NCBI GenBank assembly: GCA_964035545.1
Contig: CAXIUT010000126.1
Location: forward strand, 186,001-250,000
Length of the DNA: 64,000 nt
Direction: 5' to 3'
Source: Bugula neritina
Taxonomy: Eukaryota; Animalia; Bryozoa
Below the pieces are notes generated by a model. It did not search any database, was not told the origin of the DNA, and saw only the letters and a list, made by a program, of their open reading frames with translations. How positions within the stretch are numbered: the stretch's first letter is position 1; every line of letters begins with the position of its first letter. A program made the translations under genes and the position numbers. This document shows, one piece after another, positions 39,101-54,100 of the stretch.

Positions 39101-42100
39101 TTCAATGTGTTGCAGTGTATTTCAATATGTTACAGCGTATTTCAGTATGTTGCAGTGTATTTCAGTATGTAGCAGGGTATTTCAGTATGTTGCAGTGCAT
39201 TTTAGTATGCTACAGCATATTTCAGTATGTTGCAGTGTATTGCAATGTGTCGCAGTATATTTCAGTATGTTGCTGTATATTTCAATGTGTTACAGTATAT
39301 TTCAGTAGTTTACCATACATTTCGGTACGTTGCAGTATATTTCAATGTGTTGCAGTGTATTTCAATATGTTACAGTGTATTTCAGTATGTTGTAGTATTT
39401 TGCCGCGTATTTCAGTATGTTGCAGTATCTTGCAGTGTATTTCAGTATGTTGCAGTATTTTTCAATGTGTTACCGTATATTTCAGTATATTACCATATAT
39501 TTAGGTATGTTGCAGTATATTTCAATGTGTTGCAGTGTATTTCAATATGTTCTAGTAATTTGTGGTGTATTTCAGTATGTTACAGTGTATTTCAGTATGT
39601 TGCAGTATGTTTCAATATGTTACAGTGTATTTCAGTATTTTGCAGTATATTTCAGTGAGTTGCAGTGTATTTCAGTGTGCTACAGCATATTTCAGTATGT
39701 TGCAAAATATTGCAATGTGTCGCAGTATGTTGCAGTATTTTTCAATGTGTTACAGTATATTTCAGTAGTTTACCATATATTTCGGTATGTTGCAGTATAT
39801 TTCAATGTGTTGCAGTGTATATCAATATGTTACAGTGTATTTGAGCATGTTGTAGTATTTTGCAGTGTATTTCAGTATGTTACAGTGTATTTCAGTATGT
39901 TGCAGTATGTTTCAATATGTTACAGTGTATTTCAGTATTTTGCAGTATATTTCAGTGAGCTGCAGTGTATTTCAGTGTGCTACAGCATATTTCAGTATGT
40001 TACAGTATATTGCAATGTGTCGCAGTGTATTTCAGTATGTTGCAGTATTTTTCAAGGTGTTACAGTATATTTCAGTAGTTTACCATATATTTCGGTATGT
40101 TGCAGTATATTTCAATGTGTTGCAGTGTATATCAATATGTTACAGTGTATTTGAGCATGTTGTAGTATTTTGCAGTGTATTTCAGTGTGTTGCAGTGTAT
40201 TTCAGTATTTTGCAGTATTTTTCAATGTGTTACAGTGTATTTCGGTATATTACCGTATATTTAAGTATGTCGCAGTATACTTCAGTATGTTGCCGTATGT
40301 TTCAGTGTGTTGCAGTATATTTCATTTAGTTGCAGTGTATTTCAATTTGTTCCAGTGTATGTCAGTATAATGCAGTATGTTGCAGTGTGTTTCAGTATGT
40401 TACAGTGTATTTCAGTATGTTGCAGTATCTTGCAGTACATTTCAGTATGTTTTAGTATGTAGCAGTGTATTTCAGTATGTTGCAGTATATTTCAGTATGT
40501 TGCAGTATATTTCAGTGTGTTACTGTTTTTTCCAGTATGTTACAACACATTTCCGTATATTAAACTATATTTCAGCGAGTTACAGTATATTTCAATGTGT
40601 TGCAGTGTATTGCAATATGTTACAGCGTATTTCGGTATGTTGCAGTGTGTTGCAGTGTAATTCAGTATATTACATTGTATTTCAGTGTGTTGCAGTTCAT
40701 TTCAATATGTAGCAGGGTATTTCAGTATAGTGCAGTGTATTTCAGTATGCTACAGCATATTTCAGTATGTTGCAGTATATTGCAATGTGTCGCCGTATAT
40801 TTCAGTATGTTGCAGTACGTTGCAGTATGTTTCAATATGTTACGGTGTATTTCAGCATGTTGCAGTATATTTCAGTGAGTTGCAGTGTATTTCAGTGTGC
40901 TACAGCATATTTCAGTATGTTACAGTATATTGCAATGTGTCGCAGTATATTTCAGTATGTTGCAGTATTTTTCAATGTGTTACAGTATATTTCATTAGTT
41001 TACCATATACGTCGGTGTGTTGCAGTATATTTCAATGTGTTGCAGTGTATTTCAATATGTTACAGTGTATTTCAGCATGTTGTAGTTTTTTGCAGAATAT
41101 TTCAGTGTGTTGCAGTGTACTTTAGTATTTTGCAGTATTTTTCATTGTGTTACAGTATATTTCGGTATATTACCGTATATTTAGGTATGTTTCAGTATAT
41201 TTCAATCTGTTACAGTGTATTTCAATATGTTGTAGTATGTTGCAGTGTATTTCAGTATGTTACAGTGTATTTCAGTATGTTGCAGTATATTTCAGTATGT
41301 TACAGTGTATTTCAGTATGTTGCAGTATATTTCAGTGTGTTACAGTGTATTTCAGTATGTTGTAGTATATTTCAGTGTGTTACAGTATATTTCAGTATGT
41401 TGCAGTATTTTTCAATGTGTTGCAGTGTATTTCAATATGTTACAGCGTATTTCAGTATGTTGCAGTGTATTTCAGTATGTAGCAGGGTATTTCAGTATGT
41501 TGCAGTGCATTTCAGTATGCTACAGCATATTTCTGTATGTTGCAGTATATTGCAATGTGTCGCAGTATATTTCAGTATGTTGCTGTATATTTCAATGTGT
41601 TACAGTATATTTCAGTAGTTTACCATACATTTCGGTACGTTGCAGTATATTTCAATGTGTTGCAGTGTATTTCAATGTGTTACAGTGTATTTCAGTATGT
41701 TGTAGTATTTTGCCGCGTATTTCAGTATGTTGCAGTATCTTGCAGTGTATTTCAGTATGTTGCAGTATTTTTCAATGTGTTACCGTATATTTCAGTATAT
41801 TACCATATATTTAGGTATGTTGCAGTATATTTCAATGTGTTGCAGTGTATTTCAATATGTTCTAGTAATTTGTGGTGTATTTCAGTATGTTATAGTGTAT
41901 TTCAGTATGTTGCAGTATGTTTCAATATGTTACAGTGTATTTCAGTATTTTGCAGTATATTTCAGTGAGTTGCAGTGTATTTCAGTGTGCTACAGCATAT
42001 TTCAGTATGTTGCAAAATATTGCAATGTGTCGCAGTATGTTGCAGTATTTTTCAATGTGTTACAGTATATTTCAGTAGTTTACCATATATTTCGGTATGT

Positions 42101-45100
42101 TGCAGTATATTTCAATGTGTTGCAGTGTATATCAATATGTTACAGTGTATTTGAGCATGTTGTAGTATTTTGCAGTGTATTTCAGAATGTTACAGTGTAT
42201 TTCAGTATGTTGCAGTATGTTTCAATATGTTACAGTGTATTTCAGTATTTTGCAGTATATTCTAGTGAGTTGCAGTGTATTTCAGTGTGCTACAGCATAT
42301 TTCAGTATGTTACAGTATATTGCAATGTGTCGCAGTGTATTTCAGTATGTTGCAGTATTTTTCAAGGTGTTACAGTATATTTCAGTAGTTTACCATATAT
42401 TTCGGTATGTTGCAGTATATTTCAATGTGTTGCAGTGTATATCAATATGTTACAGTGTATTTGAGCATGTTGTAGTATTTTGCAGTGTATTTCAGTGTGT
42501 TGCAGTGTATTTCAGTATTTTGCAGTATTTTTCAATGTGTTACAGTGTATTTCGGTATATTACCGTATATTTAAGTATGTCGCAGTATACTTCAGTATGT
42601 TGCCGTATGTTTCAGTGTGTTGCAGTATATTTCATTTAGTTGCAGTGTATTTCAATTTGTTCCAGTGTATGTCAGTATAATGCAGTATGTTGCAGTGTGT
42701 TTCAGTATGTTACAGTGTATTTCAGTATGTTGCAGTATCTTGCAGTACATTTCAGTATGTTTTAGTATGTAGCAGTGTATTTCAGTATGTTGCAGTATAT
42801 TTCAGTATGTTGCAGTATATTTCAGTGTGTTACTGTTTTTTCCAGTATGTTACAACACATTTCCGTATATTAAACTATATTTCAGCGAGTTACAGTATAT
42901 TTCAATGTGTTGCAGTGTATTGCAATATGTTACAGCGTATTTCGGTATGTTGCAGTGTGTTGCAGTGTAATTCAGTATATTACATTGTATTTCAGTGTGT
43001 TGCAGTTCATTTCAATATGTAGCAGGGTATTTCAGTATAGTGCAGTGTATTTCAGTATGCTACAGCATATTTCAGTATGTTGCAGTATATTGCAATGTGT
43101 CGCAGTATATTTCAGTATGTTGCAGTACGTTGCAGTATGTTTCAATATGTTACGGTGTATTTCAGCATGTTGCAGTATATTTCAGTGAGTTGCAGTGTAT
43201 TTCAGTGTGCTACAGCATATTTCAGTATGTTACAGTATATTGCAATGTGTCGCAGTATATTTCAGTATGTTGCAGTATTTTTCAATGTGTTACAGTATAT
43301 TTCATTAGTTCACCATCTACTTCGGTGTGTTGCAGTATATTTCAATGTGTTGCAGTGTATTTCAATATGTTACAGTGTATTTCAGCATGTTGTAGTTTTT
43401 TGCAGAATATTTCAGTGTGTTGCAGTGTACTTTAGTATTTTGCAGTATTTTTCAATGTGTTACAGTATATTTCGGTATATTACCGTATATTTAGGTATGT
43501 TTCAGTATATTTCAATCTGTTACAGTGTATTTCAATATGTTGTAGTATGTTACAGTGTATTTCAGTATGTTACAGTGTATTTCAGTATGTTGCAGTATAT
43601 TTCAGTATGTTACAGTGTATTTCAGTATGTTGCAGTATATTTCAGTATGTTACAGTGTATTTCAGTATGTTGTAGTATATTTCAGTGTGTTACAGTATAT
43701 TTCAGTATGTTGCAGTATTTTTCAATGTGTTGCAGTGTATTTCAATATGTTACAGCGTATTTCAGTATGTTGCAGTGTATTTCAGTATGTAGCAGGGTAT
43801 TTCAGTATGTTGCAGTGCATTTCAGTATGCTACAGCATATTTCAGTATGTTGCAGTATATTGCAATGTGTCGCAGTATATTTCAGTATGTTGCTGCATAT
43901 TTCAATGTGTTACAGTATATTTCAGTAGTTTATCATACATTTCGGTACGTTGCAGTATATTTCAATGTGTTGCAGTGTATTTCAATATGTTACAGTGTAT
44001 TTCAGTATGTTGTAGTATTTTGCCGCGTATTTCAGTATGTTGCAGTATCTTGCAGTGTATTTCAGTATGTTGCAGTATTTTTCAATGTGTTACCGTATAT
44101 TTCAGTATATTACCATATATTTAGGTATGTTGCAGTATATTTCAATGTGTTGCAGTGTATTTCAATATGTTCTAGTAATTTGTGGTGTATTTCAGTATGT
44201 TACAGTGTATTTCAGTATGTTGCAGTATGTTTCAATATGTTACAGTGTATTTCAGTATTTTGCAGTATATTTCAGTGAGTTGCAGTGTATTTCAGTGTGC
44301 TACAGCATATTTCAGTATGTTGCAAAATATTGCAATGTGTCGCAGTATGTTGCAGTATTTTTCAATGTGTTACCGTATATTTCAGTATATTACCATATAT
44401 TTAGGTATGTTGCAGTATATTTCAATGTGTTGCAGTGTATTTCAATATGTTCTAGTTATTTGTGGCGTATTTCAGTATGTTACAGTGTATTTCAGCATGT
44501 TGCAGTATGTTTCAATATGTTACAGTGTATTTCAGTATTTTGCAGTATATTTCAGTGAGTTGCAGTGTATTTCAGTGTGCTACAGCATATTTCAGTATGT
44601 TGCAGTATATTGCAATGTGTCGCAGTATGTTGCAGTATTTTTCAATGTGTTACAGTATATTTCAGTAGTTTACCATATATTTCGGTATGTTGCAGTATAT
44701 TTCAATGTGTTGCAGTGTATATCAATATGTTACAGTGTATTTGAGCATGTTGTAGTATTTTGCAGTGTATTTCAGTATGTTACAGTGTATTTCAGTATGT
44801 TGCAGTATGTTTCAATATGTTACAGTGTATTTCAGTATTTTGCAGTATATTTCAGTGAGTTGCAGTGTATTTCAGTGTGCTACAGCATATTTCAGTATGT
44901 TACAGTATATTGCAATGTGTCGCAGTGTATTTCAGTATGTTGCAGTATTTTTCAATGTGTTACAGTGTATTTCGGTATATTACCGTATATTTAGGTATGT
45001 CGCAGTATATTTCAGTATGTTGCCGTATGTTTCAGTGTGTTGCAGTGTATTTCATTTAGTTGCAGTGTATTTCAATTTGTTCCAGTGTATGTCAGTATAA

Positions 45101-48100
45101 TGCAGTATGTTGCAGTGTGTTTCAGTATGTTACAGTGTATTTCAGTATGTTGCAGTATCTTGCAGTACATTTCAGTATGTTTTAGTATGTAGCAGTGTAT
45201 TTCAGTATGTTGCAGTATATTTCAGTATGTTGCAGTATATTTCAGTGTGTTACTGTTTTTTCCAGTATGTTACAACACATTTCCGTATATTAAACTATAT
45301 TTCAGCGAGTTACAGTATATTTCAATGTGTTGCAGTGTATATCAATATGTTACAGTGTATTTGAGCATGTTGTAGTATTTTGCAGTGTATTTCAGTTTGT
45401 TACAGTGTATTTCAGTAGGTTGCAGTATGTTGCAGTATGTTTCAATATGTTACAGTGTATTTCAGCATGTTGCAGTATATTTCAGTGAGTTGCAGTGTAT
45501 TTCAGTGTGCTACAGCATATTTCAGTATGTTACAGTATATTGCAATGTGTCGCAGTGTATATCAATATGTTACAGTGTATTTGAGCATGTTGTAGTATTT
45601 TGCAGTGTATTTCAGTATGTTGCAGTATCTTGCAGTGTATTTCAGTATGTTGCAGTATTTTTCAATGTGTTACCGTATATTTCAGTATATTACCATATAT
45701 TTAGGTATGTTGCAGTATATTTCAATGTGTTGCAGTGTATTTCAATATGTTCTAGTAATTTGCAGTGTGTTTCAGTATGTTACAGTGTATTGCAGTATGT
45801 TGCAGTATGTTTCAATATGTTACAGTGTATTTCAGCATGTTGCAGTATATTTCAGTGAGTTGCAGTGTATTTCAGTGTGCTACAGCATATTTCAGTATGT
45901 TACAGTATATTGCAATGTGTCGCAGTGTATTTCAGTATGTTGCAGTATTTTTCAATGTGTTACAGTGTATTTCGGTATATTACCGTATATTTAGGTATGT
46001 CGCAGTATATTTCAGTATGTTGCCGTATGTTTCAGTGTGTTGCAGTATATTTCATTTTGTTGCAGTGTATTTCAATTTGTTCCAGTGTATGTCAGTTTAA
46101 TGCAGTATGTTGCAGTGTGTTTCAGTATGTTACAGTGTATTTCAGTATGTTGCAGTATCTTGCAGTACATTTCAGTATGTTTTAGTATGTAGCAGTGTAT
46201 TTCAGTATGTTGCAGTATATTTCAGTATGTTGCAGTATATTGCAATGTGTCGCAGTATATTTCAGTATGTTGCTGTATATTTCAATGTGTTGCAGTATAT
46301 TTCAGTATGTAGCAGTGTATTTCAGTATGTTGCAGTGTGTTGCAGTGTAATTCAGTATATTACATTGTATTTCAGTGTGTTGCAGTTCATTTCAGTATGT
46401 AGCAGGGTATTTCAGTATAGTGCAGTATATTTCAGTATGCTGCAGTATATTTCAGTGTGTTACTGTTTTTTCCAGTATGTTACAACACATTTCCGTATAT
46501 TACACTATATTTCAGCGAGTTACAGTATATTTCAATGTGTTGCAGTGTATTGCAATATGTTACAGCGTATTTCGGTATGTTGCAGTGTGTTGCAGTGTAA
46601 TTCAGTATATTACATTGTATTTCAGTGTGTAGCAGTTCATTTCAATATGTAGCAGGGTATTTCAGTATAGTGCAGTGTATTTCAGTATGCTACAGCATAT
46701 TTCAGTTTGTTGCAGTATATTGCAATGTGTCGCAGTATATTTCAGTATGTTGCTGTATATTTCAATGTGTTGCAGTATATTTCAGTATGTAGCAGTGTAT
46801 TTCAGTATGTTGCAGTATATTTCAGTGAGTTGCAGTAAATTCCAGTGTGCTACAACATATTTCAGTGTGTTACAGTATATTGCAATGTGTCGCAGTATAT
46901 TTCAGTATGTTGCAGTATTGTTCAATGTGTTACAGTATATTTCAGTAGTTTACCATACATTTCAGGACGTCGCAGTATATTTCAATGTGTTGCAGTGTAT
47001 TTCAATATGTTACAGTGTATTTCAGTATGTTGTAGTATTATGCGGCGTATTTCAGTATGTTGCAGTATCTTGCAGTATATTTCAGCATGTTGCAGTTATT
47101 TTCAATGTGTTACAGTATGTTTCAGTATATTACCGTATATTTAGGTATGTTGCAGTATATTTCAATGTGTTGCAGTGTATTTCAATATGTTCTAGTGTTT
47201 TGCAGTGTATTTCAGTTTGTTACAGTGTATTTCAGTATGTTGCAGTATGTTGCAGTATGTTTCAATATGTTACAGTGTATTTCAGCATGTTGCAGTATAT
47301 TTCAGTGAGTTGCAGTAAATTCCAGTGTGCTACAACATATTTCAGTGTGTTACAGTATATTGCAATGTGTCGCAGTATATTTCAGTATGTTGCAGTATTG
47401 TTCAATGTGTTACAGTATATTTCAGTAGTTTACCATACATTTCAGGACGTCGCAGTATATTTCAATGTGTTGCAGTGTATTTCAATATGTTACAGTGTAT
47501 TTCAGTATGTTGTAGTATTATGCGGCGTATTTCAGTATGTTGCAGTATCTTGCAGTATATTTCAGCATGTTGCAGTTATTTTCAATGTGTTACAGTATGT
47601 TTCAGTATATTACCGTATATTTAGGTATGTTGCAGTATATTTCAATGTGTTGCAGTGTATTTCAATATGTTCTAGTGTTTTGCAGTGTATTTCAGTTTGT
47701 TACAGTGTATTTCAGTATGTTGCAGTATGTTGCAGTATGTTTCAATATGTTACAGTGTATTTCAGCATGTTGCAGTATATTTCAGTGAGTTGCAGTGTAT
47801 TTCAGTATGTTGCAGTATTTTTCAATGTGTTGCAGTGTATTTCAATATGTTACAGCATATTCCAGTATGTTGCAGTATGTTGCAGTGTAGTTCAGTATAT
47901 TACATTGTATTTCAGTATGTTGCAGTTTATTTCAGTATGTAGCAGGGTATTTCAGTATGTTGCAGTGCATTTCAGTATGCTACAGCATATTTCAGTATGT
48001 TGCAGTATATCGCAATGTGTCGCAGTATATTTCAGTATGTTGCTGTATATTTCAATGTGTTACAGTGTTTTTCAGTATATTACCATATATTTAGATATGT

Positions 48101-51100
48101 TGCAGTATGTTTCAATGTGTTGCAGTGTATTTCAGTATGTAGCAGTGTATTTCAGTATGTTGCAGTGTGTTGCAGTGTAATTCAGTATATTACATTGTAT
48201 TTCAGTGTGTTGCAGTTCATTTCAGTATGTAGCAGGGTATTTCAGTTTAGTGCAGTATATTTCAGTATGCTGCAGTATATTTCAGTGTGTTACTGTTTTT
48301 TCCAGTATGTTACAACACATTTCCGTATATTACACTATATTTCAGCGAGTTACAGTATATTTCAATGTGTTGCAGTGTATTTCAATATGTTACAGTGTAT
48401 TTCAGCATGTTGTAGTTTTTTGCAGAATATTTCAGTGTGTTGCAGTGTACTTCAGTATTTTGCAGTATTTTTCAATGTGTTACAGTATATTTCGGTATAT
48501 TACCGTATATTTAGGTATGTTTCAGTATATTTCAATCTGTTGCAGTGTATTTCAATATGTTGTAGTATGTTGCAGTGTATTTCAGTATGTTACAGTGTAT
48601 TTCAGTATGTTGCAGTATATTTCAGTATGTTACAGTGTATTTCAGTATGTTGCAGTATATTTCAGTGTGTTACAGTGTATTTCAGTATGTTGTAGTATAT
48701 TTCAGTGTGTTACAGTATATTTCAGTATGTTGCAGTATTTTTCAATGTGTTGCAGTGTATTTCAATATGTTACAGCGTATTTCAGTATGTTGCAGTGTAT
48801 TTCAGTATGTAGCAGGGTATTTCAGTATGTTGCAGTGCATTTTAGTATGCTACAGCATATTTCAGTATGTTGCAGTGTATTGCAATGTGTCGCAGTATAT
48901 TTCAGTATGTTGCTGTATATTTCAATGTGTTACAGTATATTTCAGTAGTTTACCATACATTTCGGTACGTTGCAGTATATTTCAATGTGTTGCAGTGTAT
49001 TTCAATATGTTACAGTGTATTTCAGTATGTTGTAGTATTTTGCCGCGTATTTCAGTATGTTGCAGTATCTTGCAGTGTATTTCAGTATGTTGCAGTATTT
49101 TTCAATGTGTTACCGTATATTTCAGTATATTACCATATATTTAGGTATGTTGCAGTATATTTCAATGTGTTGCAGTGTATTTCAATATGTTCTAGTAATT
49201 TGTGGTGTATTTCAGTATGTTACAGTGTATTTCAGTATGTTGCAGTATGTTTCAATATGTTACAGTGTATTTCAGTATTTTGCAGTATATTTCAGTGAGT
49301 TGCAGTGTATTTCAGTGTGCTACAGCATATTTCAGTATGTTGCAAAATATTGCAATGTGTCGCAGTATGTTGCAGTATTTTTCAATGTGTTACAGTATAT
49401 TTCAGTAGTTTACCATATATTTCGGTATGTTGCAGTATATTTCAATGTGTTGCAGTGTATATCAATATGTTACAGTGTATTTGAGCATGTTGTAGTATTT
49501 TGCAGTGTATTTCAGTATGTTACAGTGTATTTCAGTATGTTGCAGTATATTTCAATATGTTACAGTGTATTTCAGTATTTTGCAGTATATTTCAGTGAGC
49601 TGCAGTGTATTTCAGTGTGCTACAGCATATTTCAGTATGTTACAGTATATTGCAATGTGTCGCAGTGTATTTCAGTATGTTGCAGTATTTTTCAAGGTGT
49701 TACAGTATATTTCAGTAGTTTACCATATATTTCGGTATGTTGCAGTATATTTCAATGTGTTGCAGTGTATATCAATATGTTACAGTGTATTTGAGCATGT
49801 TGTAGTATTTTGCAGTGTATTTCAGTGTGTTGCAGTGTATTTCAGTATTTTGCAGTATTTTTCAATGTGTTACAGTGTATTTCGGTATATTACCGTATAT
49901 TTAAGTATGTCGCAGTATACTTCAGTATGTTGCCGTATGTTTCAGTGTGTTGCAGTATATTTCATTTAGTTGCAGTGTATTTCAATTTGTTCCAGTGTAT
50001 GTCAGTATAATGCAGTATGTTGCAGTGTGTTTCAGTATGTTACAGTGTATTTCAGTATGTTGCAGTATCTTGCAGTACATTTCAGTATGTTTTAGTATGT
50101 AGCAGTGTATTTCAGTATGTTGCAGTATATTTCAGTATGTTGCAGTATATTTCAGTGTGTTACTGTTTTTTCCAGTATGTTACAACACATTTCCGTATAT
50201 TAAACTATATTTCAGCGAGTTACAGTATATTTCAATGTGTTGCAGTGTATTGCAATATGTTACAGCGTATTTCGGTATGTTGCAGTGTGTTGCAGTGTAA
50301 TTCAGTATATTACATTGTATTTCAGTGTGTTGCAGTTCATTTCAATATGTAGCAGGGTATTTCAGTATAGTGCAGTGTATTTCAGTATGCTACAGCATAT
50401 TTCAGTATGTTGCAGTATATTGCAATGTGTCGCAGTATATTTCAGTATGTTGCAGTACGTTGCAGTATGTTTCAATATGTTACGGTGTATTTCAGCATGT
50501 TGCAGTATATTTCAGTGAGTTGCAGTGTATTTCAGTGTGCTACAGCATATTTCAGTATGTTACAGTATATTGCAATGTGTCGCAGTATATTTCAGTATGT
50601 TGCAGTATTTTTCAATGTGTTACAGTATATTTCATTAGTTTACCATATACGTCGGTGTGTTGCAGTATATTTCAATGTGTTGCAGTGTATTTCAATATGT
50701 TACAGTGTATTTCAGCATGTTGTAGTTTTTTGCAGAATATTTCAGTGTGTTGCAGTGTACTTTAGTATTTTGCAGTATTTTTCATTGTGTTACAGTATAT
50801 TTCGGTATATTACCGTATATTTAGGTATGTTTCAGTATATTTCAATCTGTTGCAGTGTATTTCAATATGTTGTAGTATGTCGCAGTGTATTTCAGTATGT
50901 TACAGTGTATTTCAGTATGTTGCAGTATATTTCAGTATGTTACAGTGTATTTCAGTATGTTGCAGTATATTTCAGTGTGTTACAGTGTATTTCAGTATGT
51001 TGTAGTATATTTCAGTGTGTTACAGTATATTTCAGTATGTTGCAGTATTTTTCAATGTGTTGCAGTGTATTTCAATATGTTACAGCGTATTTCAGTATGT

Positions 51101-54100
51101 TGCAGTGTATTTCAGTATGTAGCAGGGTATTTCAGTATGTTGCAGTGCATTTCAGTATGCTACAGCATATTTCTGTATGTTGCAGTATATTGCAATGTGT
51201 CGCAGTATATTTCAGTATGTTGCTGTATATTTCAATGTGTTACAGTATATTTCAGTAGTTTACCATACATTTCGGTACGTTGCAGTATATTTCAATGTGT
51301 TGCAGTGTATTTCAATATGTTACAGTGTATTTCAGTATGTTGTAGTATTTTGCCGCGTATTTCAGTATGTTGCAGTATCTTGCAGTGTATTTCAGTATGT
51401 TGCAGTATTTTTCAATGTGTTACCGTATATTTCAGTATATTACCATATATTTAGGTATGTTGCAGTATATTTCAATGTGTTGCAGTGTATTTCAATATGT
51501 TCTAGTAATTTGTGGTGTATTTCAGTATGTTACAGTGTATTTCAGTATGTTGCAGTATGTTTCAATATGTTACAGTGTATTTCAGTATTTTGCAGTATAT
51601 TTCAGTGAGTTGCAGTGTATTTCAGTGTGCTACAGCATATTTCAGTATGTTGCAAAATATTGCAATGTGTCGCAGTATGTTGCAGTATTTTTCAATGTGT
51701 TACAGTATATTTCAGTAGTTTACCATATATTTCGGTATGTTGCAGTATATTTCAATGTGTTGCAGTGTATATCAATATGTTACAGTGTATTTGAGCATGT
51801 TGTAGTATTTTGCAGTGTATTTCAGAATGTTACAGTGTATTTCAGTATGTTGCAGTATGTTTCAATATGTTACAGTGTATTTCAGTATTTTGCAGTATAT
51901 TCTAGTGAGTTGCAGTGTATTTCAGTGTGCTACAGCATATTTCAGTATGTTACAGTATATTGCAATGTGTCGCAGTGTATTTCAGTATGTTGCAGAATTT
52001 TTCAAGGTGTTACAGTATATTTCAGTAGTTTACCATATATTTCGGTATGTTGCAGTATATTTCAATGTGTTGCAGTGTATATCAATATGTTACAGTGTAT
52101 TTGAGCATGTTGTAGTATTTTGCAGTGTATTTCAGTGTGTTGCAGTGTATTTCAGTATTTTGCAGTATTTTTCAATGTGTTACAGTGTATTTCGGTATAT
52201 TACCGTATATTTAAGTATGTCGCAGTATACTTCAGTATGTTGCCGTATGTTTCAGTGTGTTGCAGTATATTTCATTTAGTTGCAGTGTATTTCAATTTGT
52301 TCCAGTGTATGTCAGTATAATGCAGTATGTTGCAGTGTGTTTCAGTATGTTACAGTGTATTTCAGTATGTTGCAGTATCTTGCAGTACATTTCAGTATGT
52401 TTTAGTATGTAGCAGTGTATTTCAGTATGTTGCAGTATATTTCAGTATGTTGCAGTATATTTCAGTGTGTTACTGTTTTTTCCAGTATGTTACAACACAT
52501 TTCCGTATATTAAACTATATTTCAGCGAGTTACAGTATATTTCAATGTGTTGCAGTGTATTGCAATATGTTACAGCGTATTTCGGTATGTTGCAGTGTGT
52601 TGCAGTGTAATTCAGTATATTACATTGTATTTCAGTGTGTTGCAGTTCATTTCAATATGTAGCAGGGTATTTCAGTATAGTGCAGTGTATTTCAGTATGC
52701 TACAGCATATTTCAGTATGTTGCAGTATATTGCAATGTGTCGCAGTATATTTCAGTATGTTGCAGTACGTTGCAGTATGTTTCAATATGTTACGGTGTAT
52801 TTCAGCATGTTGCAGTATATTTCAGTGAGTTGCAGTGTATTTCAGTGTGCTACAGCATATTTCAGTATGTTACAGTATATTGCAATGTGTCGCAGTATAT
52901 TTCAGTATGTTGCAGTATTTTTCAATGTGTTACAGTATATTTCATTAGTTCACCATCTACTTCGGTGTGTTGCAGTATATTTCAATGTGTTGCAGTGTAT
53001 TTCAATATGTTACAGTGTATTTCAGCATGTTGTAGTTTTTTGCAGAATATTTCAGTGTGTTGCAGTGTACTTTAGTATTTTGCAGTATTTTTCAATGTGT
53101 TACAGTATATTTCGGTATATTACCGTATATTTAGGTATGTTTCAGTATATTTCAATCTGTTGCAGTGTATTTCAATATGTTGTAGTATGTTGCAGTGTAT
53201 TTCAGTATGTTACAGTGTATTTCAGTATGTTGCAGTATATTTCAGTATGTTACAGTGTATTTCAGTATGTTGCAGTATATTTCAGTGTGTTACAGTGTAT
53301 TTCAGTATGTTGTAGTATATTTCAGTGTGTTACAGTATATTTCAGTATGTTGCAGTATTTTTCAATGTGTTGCAGTGTATTTCAATATGTTACAGCGTAT
53401 TTCAGTATGTTGCAGTGTATTTCAGTATGTAGCAGGGTATTTCAGTATGTTGCAGTGCATTTCAGTATGCTACAGCATATTTCGGTATGTTGCAGTATAT
53501 TGCAATGTGTCGCAGTATATTTCAGTATGTTGCTGTATATTTCAATGTGTTACAGTATATTTCAGTAGTTTATCATACATTTCGGTACGTTGCAGTATAT
53601 TTCAATGTGTTGCAGTGTATTTCAATATGTTACAGTGTATTTCAGTATGTTGTAGTATTTTGCCGCGTATTTCAGTATGTTGCAGTATCTTGCAGTGTAT
53701 TTCAGTATGTTGCAGTATTTTTCAATGTGTTACCGTATATTTCAGTATATTACCATATATTTAGGTATGTTGCAGTATATTTCAATGTGTTGCAGTGTAT
53801 TTCAATATGTTCTAGTAATTTGTGGTGTATTTCAGTATGTTACAGTGTATTTCAGTATGTTGCAGTATGTTTCAATATGTTACAGTGTATTTCAGTATTT
53901 TGCAGTATATTTCAGTGAGTTGCAGTGTATTTCAGTGTGCTACAGCATATTTCAGTATGTTGCAAAATATTGCAATGTGTCGCAGTATGTTGCAGTATTT
54001 TTCAATGTGTTACCGTATATTTCAGTATATTACCATATATTTAGGTATGTTGCAGTATATTTCAATGTGTTGCAGTGTATTTCAATATGTTCTAGTTATT